64,000 nt of DNA from Octopus vulgaris (Eukaryota), in the NCBI GenBank assembly GCA_951406725.2, contig OX597814.1, forward strand, positions 183,148,001 to 183,212,000. The letters are read 5' to 3'. The notes beneath the pieces were generated by a model. It saw only the letters and a list, made by a program, of their open reading frames with translations. It did not search any database and was not told the origin of the DNA. The position numbers and the translations under genes were made by a program. Positions 53,948 to 64,000 of this stretch are shown piece by piece. Every line of letters starts with the position of its first letter. Within the stretch, counting starts at the first letter, position 1.

Positions 53948-54516
53948 TTATCTTTCTCCCTCTCTCTCTTTCTCTTTTTCCCCTCTTCCTTTCTATCATT
54001 CTTTCTGAGATGCACTTGCTTCAATTGAAGTGTAGATCTTATGAAGCTCTGCGTCTTCACTTATAGCTAATATTTGTAAATCTCCTTTTGTCTTCTGGAC
54101 ATAACATATGATTGGATTTATCTTTCTTCAATTCTAGGCTATGCACTATTTGATTTAAACCCATAAATCTCCCATATAATTCCCATTAAAGGTATTTGTC
54201 ATTGTTCATGTACCGATGACATAATCTTTGCGGTATTAATTTCCAAGGGTCAGTTTTGTTATCGATGAAAGACTCAGTCATTAAGTACCATCGACACATT
54301 ACACATTCAAGTCATCCACAGGTTCAACTATTCATCTAGCCATCATACCTTTTCTTAAAACATTTAACCATACTTCTATAACAAATCACTTAAACATAAA
54401 TTCATCCATTTAAGTAACCCTTCCGTCCGCAATCTATCCATAAATCAATGCATCCCACAATCCATGTATTTATTCATATAGCCATGCATTCATTCGTCCT
54501 CCCACCTATCTACTTA

Positions 54517-54818
54517 GTGGAGGCACATGGCCTTGTGGTTAGAGCAGCGGACTCGTGGTCAAGAGATCGCAGTTTCGAATCTAAGACCGGGCGATGTGTG
54601 TGTTTATGAGCGAAACACCTAAGCTCCACGCGGCTCCGGCAGAAGGTAATGGCGAACTTCTGCTGACTCTTTCGCCACAACTTTCTCTCACTCTTTCCTC
54701 CTGCATCTTGCAGCTCACCTGCGACGGACCGGCGTCCCGTCCAGGTGGGGAACCTATACGCCAAGGAAACCGGGAAACCGGCCCTTATGAGCCAGGCGTG
54801 GCTCGAGAAGGAACAAAT
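54517..54818 (+). mobile_element. SINE family C with gaaaccgggaaaccgg tail
   Basis: Head and body like 42767; tail like 26775-26900. Confidence 0.85.
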
Positions 54819-55517
54819 AACTGTTACTCCTAAAGGAAGGAAGGAAACCTATCTACCTAACAATTTCTGCATAAAGAGATCGAAGGTTCGAAATATTCAT
54901 TGGTCTATTTACACATCCATCTATACAGCTATTCATACATCCAATAACTCCCTCAACCGTGTATCTATTTAAGTCTCTTTCCAACCGTCCCACGAGTGAG
55001 TTTAGATTCGGTTCTTTGGCAAACTAGTAATAATCGCTAAATTTAATTTAAATTACACCCTAGCATTTTTAAAACGGAAGTGCACAAGTACAAATTAACG
55101 AGAGGATCTTGAACGATCATAGGTATGCTAGAGCGAGACTAGGATGTTGCTAATCTAAAATAACAACAATCATTTACCTATAATCCATTTTTACTAATCT
55201 CCCAAACATCTATTCACCCCCCATCCATCCATGTGTATGTGTATACAAGCATACACACAACACATACACGCAGACACATGCACACACAAACAAACTCAAA
55301 CTCACACAAATATATATTTTACACATGTGTAATCTATTTATCTCCACCTATCTAACGATCAATCTGTCATCATTTATGTCCCTTTATATGTATATGCGTC
55401 TGTGTATATGTATACGTATATATAGAGGCGCACACACATATGTATGAATATAGATATATATGCACACACAGACACACACAAATAAACAAACATACACACA
55501 TATATGTATATACATGA

Positions 55518-55557
<40 letters not shown>

Positions 55558-55648
55558 CTACTTTTGTATGTACGTATCTGTTTACTTCTGTAAATATAAA
55601 CATGCTTACATATAATACATGCAGGCAACATTCATACACAGACACACA

Positions 55649-55724
<76 letters not shown>

Positions 55725-56844
55725 TATATATATATATGCATATACATCTATACATCTATACATACGTATACGTGTATGTAATGTATATATGTATATATAT
55801 ATATACATGTATACATTTATATATATATGTATATATACATATATACATATACGTGTATGTATGTATGCATGTATGTATGTATGTATGTAGGTAAGTAGGT
55901 AGGTAGGTAGGTAGGTAGGTAGGTAGGTAGGTAGGTAGGTAGGTATATCCTTATATTCGAATTGAGATTGAAAGAGAACATGTCACTGAAAGAGAGAAAA
56001 GCGAAATTTGAATATATAATCTAATCAGAAAATGGGATTTTCTATAACGCAATCAGATGCTAGTTTATTGATGCCGTTATTCTGTTATATTTCGCATTCG
56101 ACTGTTGTGTGTTTTATGGGAAATTGAAATTCACTCCTGAAATTATTCTCATTGAAAAGATAATCATTTTGTATAGTTGCGGGAAGTCAATTTCTCATGG
56201 GAGCCGTATTGAAGATTGTTATTTAGCATATTTTGGATAAGAATATCTGACTGTTGGCTCCATTTTGGAGATGATCTTAGGAGGTCGTGTTAACTGCGTT
56301 TCAGTGTGTATTACACTTAAGAAGGAAGACAGACAGGCAGACCGATAGACAGACAGAAAAACAGAGAGGAAGGCATATAGAAGACAGGTAGACAGGTAGG
56401 CAGGCTGCCGGGCTAACAGACGTAAGTTTGGTCTAATTACTTATGTTTGTGAGATGGAATAAGCAAAGCGTAATAAGGGACTGCAGTGGAGGAAGGGAAG
56501 TTAAATAAGGGAAAAAGAAAGGGAACAGAAGCAAAATGTAAATAATGTAAGAGAGAGAAAAAGGTAACGAACTTACCTTAGTGAAAGTAAGATAAGGTAA
56601 CAGATGTGGCTATTAGGAAAACACAACGTAATTTAAATGAAAATGAAGTGTTTATGTGTACGTATGTTTATGTATGTGTGTATATGTATAAAGAGATAGA
56701 TAGATAAATAGTGATAGAGAGATGGGGATAGGAAGGTAGATGGAAGGGAGATTGTAAAGAAAACAAAGAAAAATGATGAGTAAAGAGGTGGAAGGAAAGG
56801 AACAAGGCATCTCACTTACATGAGACATAAGTCAATTGATATAT

Positions 56845-57870
56845 TGGTTTCAGACTTTGGCACAAGGCCAGAAATTTCGGGGAAGGTAGGTAAGTCAATT
56901 ACATCGACCCCAATGCTCAACTGGTACTTTTTTTTTATTAGTCCAGAAAGGAAGAAAAGTAAAGTCTACATCGGCAGAAGTTGAACTCAGATCATAAAGA
57001 CAGACGAAATGCCGCTAAGCGCTTTGCTAACGATTCTGCCAGCTCGCCACCTTAGTGGCCTGATGTATTACCTTCGCAAGAAAGAAAATATAGAATGATG
57101 AGAGAATTTATAGAAATTTTGGCACAAGGTAAGCAATTTTAGGGGTAGATGTGGGTTAGTCAATTATATCGACCCCCGCACATGACTGCCCTTTATTGTA
57201 CTTTATTTCATCGAGCCCGAAACAATGAAAGGCAAAATTCATCAGAGTGCTTAAACACGTGATGTAAAGTGCCGAAAGAAATACTGCTAAGTATTCTGTG
57301 CCAGCTCTCCTCCTTGTGGGGCGATGAAGAGTCAAGAGTATATCGAAGCGGTCACCGCTATAGACGAGTTTATTTTCAGTGAGTCAGAAAGGAAGGATAT
57401 ATATATATTATTGTTTACTAAAGAAGGATATATAAATAAGTGAGAAGAAAACAAAGCACCACTGATGCGGTCACAGGAGTGTGACAAAAGAACTCTGGCC
57501 GAAATAAGATTAAGATTAATGTAAAAAATAAATAACACTGAAGCAAAGTAACACCAAATATATAGTGCGTGTGTTTTTATTGGCTAAACTGGCAAAATGA
57601 CCATTCCGAAATATAACAATAAGATATATATATTATTGTTTACTAAAATAAAGAACAGTTTCAAATTTTGGCACAAGACTAGTAGCTTTTGAGAGGAGGG
57701 AAAGTCGATTACATCATCCCGAGAACTCAACTGCTATATATTTTATTGACCCCGAAATGATAAAAGACGAAGTCAGCCTCGGCAAAATTTAAACTCAGAA
57801 CGTAAAAACAGACGAATTGCCGTAAGCATTGCTACCGGAATGTTAACGATTCCTCCAGTACGTCGCTTTA
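56845..57870 (-). mobile_element. Cluster of three old SINE family B copies (56845-57052, 57115-57312, 57660-57868)
   Basis: Each has tttggcacaag..atcgacccc/catcatccc..gaaa..aaag..aactcaga motifs on the plus strand (reverse complement of family B). Confidence 0.7.
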
Positions 57871-58016
57871 GTTACTAAAATAAAAATAAAAATAAAAATA
57901 AAATGGCATTTGATTTGCAAATAAGAGATTTGAAATCGGGATGTAAGGAATATTTTTTATTTTACCTTTTTGTCACTAAGTTAAACTTAAATGCCAATAT
58001 AATGGAAACGAAAACA

Positions 58017-58257
58017 GGGCGACGAGTTGGCAGAAGCGTTAACACGCCGGACAAAATGGTTATTGGCATTTCGCCCGTCATTACGTTCTGAGTTCAAATT
58101 CCGTCGAAGTTTACTTTTCCTTTCATTCTTTCGGGGTCTGATAGCGTTCATTCTATCTGGGTCTGATAAAATAAGTACCATTGAGCACCGGTGTCTATAT
58201 AATCGACTGACACATTCCCTCAAAATTGCTGGCCTTGCACCATAATTTGAAACCAAT
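58017..58257 (+). mobile_element. SINE family B variant
   Basis: gggcgacgagttggcagaagcgttaacacgccgg..ttacgttctgagttcaaattccg..ggccttgcaccataatttgaaacc. Confidence 0.8.
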
Positions 58258-60034
58258 ATGAGAGAAAAGAATGCGTTAGCTTTTGCTGTAAGCATTACAG
58301 AAACGAAGGATGTGTATAGTATTTAAAAGAAAAGAAACAAAAATACTTCAGCATTTCCTAATCTTATGCTCACTATTGTGATGTAGGATTTTATCTGACT
58401 GTTTTGTTGTAATAAGCAACATAGGACGTTGGTAACAGCTTACTGAATCAACTCTGAGATTTAGTTTGCTTCCGTTGGAATAATTATCCACTGATCACTA
58501 ATTCCAGAGGCATAAGGAATATCTTATGGTAATGTGAGAAAAATATTCACTCATGTAATCACAAAGGATTTACGTGTAATCCCGAATGAACATCACAGCC
58601 TCGTGTTTCGATATTTTTCTTTGTGTTGCTAAGACTAATCTTTTTATACTTGTGAAATGTTATATTTCCCCTCTCTAATCTGTCTATAAAAAAGCGCTGC
58701 ACATCCATAATCTTTGAAATGAACCTGTATTGATTTGGTCAAAGTGTAGAGGTCATTTCAGCTGTTTTCTTTTTTTTTTTTCCTTTAGCCAGAGTAAATA
58801 ATGTAAACTCTTTGCTGCTTGCCAACCTGGTTTCAACAAGTCTTCTTACCAGAGAGTTCATGCTGACATATCGATTTTGAAATTGTTGCATCTCTTGTTT
58901 GGGATGGATGCTGATGTTTGGCAGAAATGGAGGCAGACGTTAGTAATCTGCCAGAATCATTGAGTATAAATTTTAACGTGCTGTTAATGATTATTGAGTT
59001 GGGAGAAGCGGGAGACTATTATATTGGTTGGATTAATGAGGACTGGCATCAAGAAAGCACGGAAGGTGATCAGGAAATGGCTTTTGTTACGTTGCTGGTC
59101 AACGCCACTATTTCTTGTTGAAAGGATGGAAGCTTATTAAAATTTCGACATTTGTACGATTTGTTGCTTCCGAGGTTCCAGTTCTGCTATTGTGTATAAA
59201 TTTAAGAGATAGAGCATCAGTGTTGCGATTCATTTTAGATTCTGCTGTCAAATAGCCGGAGACAGCTTAATGATGAGATATTCCCATTGGGGGGAAAGTA
59301 ACTAGTTGAAGAAGATGAATTATTATATATTGATCTCATATGGCGCATTAAGTGAACACTGTCGATAAAATCGATTACAAAAATAAAATTACAAAATAGA
59401 GTTTTTACGCATCATACTAGAAATAGACGGTGTACTCGAAAAAAATATGCAGACGCAACTAAGATTTAGTGACACTGAAATTAAGGTGTTCTCCATTATA
59501 AGGTGAGCATAGCTTTAGGAAATTAACGTCATCCTTGAACAAGAATAAATTTAGATTATAAATAGTTAAAAAAATGTGAAATCTAAATTTAATGCAGTGG
59601 TTCTCAAACTGCAAACTACAAGCCCTTCGATAATGTCGGCGAAAGATTTTGCAATCTCTTCCCGTCTTCATTAATGAAACGACAAAACAGTTTCCGTGTA
59701 ATTCTATTGTCAGCACATTATTTTGATAAATTTGAAAAAGTTGTAAACTATCGTAATTTTATTGCACATGGCAATTTGTCCGCCATCTTTTCGATCCTCA
59801 CAGTCTCACGAAAAAAGAAAAAAACAATGTCAAGCACTTGTATACCATTTTCCGAATATACAGTACATGCGTATTGACGTAGTTTATAATTGTGTATCTG
59901 CCGTATATTACAGGTAAACATGTATAACCAAAGAAATTTGATTGTTATCTTCACTTCAACGGACAACTTTGGCATCTGCTGTCACCTTCATTACTTCTCT
60001 ATTTAATCTCACAATTTTTTGATTTCACATCTAT

Positions 60035-60142
<108 letters not shown>

Positions 60143-60583
60143 ACATCTTTGATGATAAGTGATGACTAAAACGCTGGAATGTCATAGTGAACGCAATACA
60201 AGACTCAGTTCAAAGTAAGGCAATATACGAACAAAATGCTTTTCGAGATTTTGTTACGTCTCTACATTCTCAGTTAAAATTCCTGCTTTTATTGTATTAC
60301 TTTCAGAGTTGATAAAACGAAAGCCCACCAAGAACTGGGCTCTCTCCAACATCCCTGGCGCTGTGCCAATGTTAGAACACAATACTGATTCCAAATATAC
60401 TGAGATCGTCTTTACTCTTTATCTGTCAATTGATAAAAGAAAATATCGATCATTTACTAAAATTGCCACAAACAAGTCTAACGGGCCTACTTTGGCAAAA
60501 TACTACCTGAATGGGAGAATCGATGCACTTGACCATCCTACTAGAAATAACGTCAAAAATCTCCACTAAATCAAATCACACTC

Positions 60584-60649
<66 letters not shown>

Positions 60650-60807
60650 TTGTGTTTGTGTTTGTGTTTGTACCTCTTGATAGTCAGTATTAGTTTGTTC
60701 GCGTCCCGTAACCTAGCGGCTCGGCATAGCAGAATAAGTACCAGACTTTAAAAAGTATTGGTACTGGTGGAGATTTGTTCCACTAAATCTTCCAATGTAG
60801 TGCTCCA

Positions 60808-60879
<72 letters not shown>

Positions 60880-60884
<5 letters not shown>

Positions 60885-61080
60885 TAATCCAAACATGAAA
60901 ACACAACAACGCGAGGACGTGGAACAAATATAGTATTATTGGACGCTCAGGAAGGAAGGAAAGAAGGAGAGTTTAACGTTTTGAGCGGAGCTCTTCGTCA
61001 GAAACATAGGAAAAGGAAAGGTCCAGAGAAGGGAAGACGGAGGAAAAAAAATCGCCAACAGTACACACGCGCTCATATAA
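60880..61080 (-). mobile_element. (TA)n-inserted element end with minimal hammerhead (60971-61005)
   Basis: Minus strand gttt CTGACGA a gagc tcc gctc AAAA cg TT aaac (G12>A in this copy), palindromic aacgtt; terminus shared with 14669. Confidence 0.7.
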
Positions 61081-61157
61081 AATATTGTGGGTAAGGCCAA
61101 AGCAATGCGAAGTATATGCAAGGTAAATCACAAGAAAACAAATGTGTAAATTAATGT

Positions 61158-61196
<39 letters not shown>

Positions 61197-61289
61197 GTTC
61201 CCCAGTTCATTCCTGATGTGAAATCGTCTGTTGAAATAGATATTGATGTATTTCTGGAAGGTGATTTTATTATTTATTTATCATTATTT

Positions 61290-61420
61290 TTTACAAATAA
61301 ACATACGCGCTATATATTTTTTCTTCACTCGTTTATTATTATTATTTTATTATTTCAACGCTTGCCCATTGTCCAGAAATCTTTCGTCACACATCTGTGA
61401 CCTCTTGAGCGACACTTTTC
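61290..61420 (-). mobile_element. Second copy of the 14326 hammerhead-bearing family
   Basis: caaataaacatacgc..ttcttcactcgt shared with 14353-14390; minus strand 61413-61371 reads gtcg CTCAAGA g gtcaca gatg tgtgac GAAA gat tt ctggac. Confidence 0.6.
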
Positions 61421-61824
61421 GTTTCCGTATGTATTCTTGCTCCACTTACTCCGTTCTGTTCATCTAAGATGTATATTCTTATGTGCGCATGCGTTTGTGT
61501 GCTCGTTTGATTTTTTGTGTGTGTATCATAGTTTTTAGCAGCAGTGTGACTTTCTCCCCAGCCCCAACTACTCACCCAGATGTGCTGCTGCTGTCCTAGG
61601 ACCTGAGAAAAAAGGAAGGTACAGTTCCTGTATTCCTCTGTGCATGTGTGCTTGTCCACGGTGTTGGCATCATGGTAGTTGTTGTTATTGCCTTCGTCGG
61701 CACCGCCACTACTGCTGACTGCGTTAGTTGTGTTGTTGACATCATACGGCCGTCCATGAGGTTTCATATGTGTGTGTTTGTGTTTGTGTATGGATTCGCT
61801 TCGTATGTATCCATACTCTTTATA

Positions 61825-62310
61825 TAGTTCACTGGCCTAGTGACTGGACCACCGACGAAACCGGTCTGCGGAACCAGTGTTGCCAACAACTACCGGATTT
61901 CCTACTTCCTCTCAATGATCATACGCCCCTTGATAAAAATGTCCTCATGTGTGTGACAGCACAGAGGACCTCCTCAGCAGAATCAATGAGTGCAACCATG
62001 CCCACGACCTGACGGGATGTATAATAGGCCGTATGGACGTAGTGTTCCCAAATCCATCCATTGATGTTGATTTTGCTGTGGAGAAATGTGTGGACATGAT
62101 CAGCGTGATTGATGTGGAGTTCTGTGCTGTTGACATTGAAGAACTAGGCCTCTTCCTAAGACTGACATGCGACAATGAGTACTTAGATAAACATGATCTT
62201 AGTTGTTTCAGCCCCACTAGATCTATAAGAGGTAGACACCCCACCACTATAACTTCTGTGGTCAAGAAGACACCCAAAAACATCACGAAGACACCCAAAG
62301 ACAGATGAAA
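61825..62310 (+). pseudogene. RT fragment of a second, divergent Penelope-like lineage
   Basis: GPPTKPVCG..NYRISYFLSMIIRP, then a frameshift to CDSTEDLL..IIGRMDV..PSID..VDIEELGLFL..PTR..GRHPTTIT, matching RT motifs 2-3 plus an insertion loop; truncated. Confidence 0.6.
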
Positions 62311-62644
62311 CGGGTATACATACAAGTGAGTGTATATGATATTTCCAAAGCACATAAATTTATATACGAAATATCGTATATAAAAAGTAAGTTTCGAGCA
62401 TGTGATTAAAAGGAAAGTTTCGCACACATATTAATGTATTTTTCTCCTTCCATCTCGCTTTCTCTGTCGTTGTATACACGTACATATGTATGTTTGTATG
62501 AATACTTGTAGATATATGAATACATACATATATATACATTTATACATATGTACGTACCTACCTACCTAAATGCATGCATACATATAAACGCATACATACA
62601 CACATATATGCATTCATATGTATATATATATATATATATTATAT

Positions 62645-62696
<52 letters not shown>

Positions 62697-63186
62697 TGAA
62701 TATATGTATGTCATTATGTACATGCACGTAGTACGTAGACACACACGTACATATATTATGAACATCACATATCCAAACCTATGCTTACGTGCCTGTAAGG
62801 TCTGCTTTTCACATTAGTCATTTGGTTGGTTCGCAAGGAAAACCTAGCGTGTGACTGTCAATATTAAGACGATACTGAAGGGAGCGCTTCAATGTCAGCG
62901 CGGCTTGCTGCATTATTCAACAGAAGCCGATACAGGAATATCATGCGTCGCTACCCATACTACTGAAAATAACCATTTTCGTTTAGCATTTGCAATCAAA
63001 CGATATATATCCCTTCGGGAAATAGTTGTCATGAAGTTACTGGCGCCAGGGATCCTACTACTGGTGAATAACAAAATCCCGGAGTTTAAAGTTTCGTTTT
63101 CAGAGAATGATAGTAATGAATAGATAGAAGGAAGATGTGATAGGCGAATGGAAAGAATATATACACATATATACACACATACATTC

Positions 63187-63236
<50 letters not shown>

Positions 63237-64000
63237 AATATCCTAATGTACAAACATGCATACACACACCACACAGGCTCAGAGGGAAAGAGAGAGAGGG
63301 AGAGAGAGATGTAAGAAGATTTTAATATTCAGCTAGTAATCCTAATTTTGTATTTTTTTCTATGAATGATTCTGCATTTAAATATGGCCACGAAATACGA
63401 ACATATAAGAGAAATACAACTTTTTTTTATGAAACTGTTGGAATGTAATGCAGAAGAAGAATTCTAAGCAAGTACATGTGCACACATCTATATATGTACA
63501 CCAGTTTATGTATAATTGGAATTCTGTCAGTGATATTTAATATATCAATACTTTATTTTTGATTAATCGGTCTTTTCCATGATGAAGTATTTTCTGTTAC
63601 TCTGGAAGATTCTATTGCCAACATTATCAGTACCATACATTTCTTCGAAGGTTGAATTTAAATATTTTTAGCATTTTCTTTTTATACCGAAAGTTTGCAC
63701 CCTTTTGTAAAGTTATTTCTGCTCAGAAAGTTTGTCGTGGATTTTGCATCCTTCCTTGATACGAGAATACTCTGCTCTTCAAACTTACTTCTTTCACCTG
63801 TAACATTATTGATTCTATGTCCGTTGAAAGAAAAGCATAGGCCAAATTTTCGGAGCTTACATAATTCTTATCCTATCCGGCGGCTAATTGCGAATTCAGA
63901 GATGTTTTAATCGCTATTTTGCTATATCAGTAGAGGCCGATTTTGCCTTAGCATGCGGTCACAGTGGATGATTGTTACTAACGAACCTCAAAAGGAAGAA

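Overview
This is AT-rich, repeat-saturated eukaryotic DNA. The SINE families and microsatellite load suggest a coleoid cephalopod such as Octopus (inference). I found no convincing host exon, and nearly all ORF-track calls are translated microsatellites. The only intact coding unit is a 5'-truncated Penelope-like retroelement (Neptune-type RT + Cys linker + GIY-YIG, ~31330-35227) embedded in (TA)n. It has two overlapping ORFs joined at a U_UUU_UUU slippery heptamer in exactly the -1 register, and a minimal hammerhead ribozyme at its 3' end. At least six other short elements with full or partial hammerhead cores lie next to (TA)n or TA-rich tracts, several folded into long hairpins, and may be non-autonomous passengers of Penelope-like elements. 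Also present are R4/Dong fragments in (TAA)n arrays, a (TATC)n-tailed LINE-like end, CR1/L2-group and RTE fragments, mariner, Tc1 and Helitron relics, and three groups of modular tRNA-derived SINEs, one sharing a 3' stem-loop with a local LINE.
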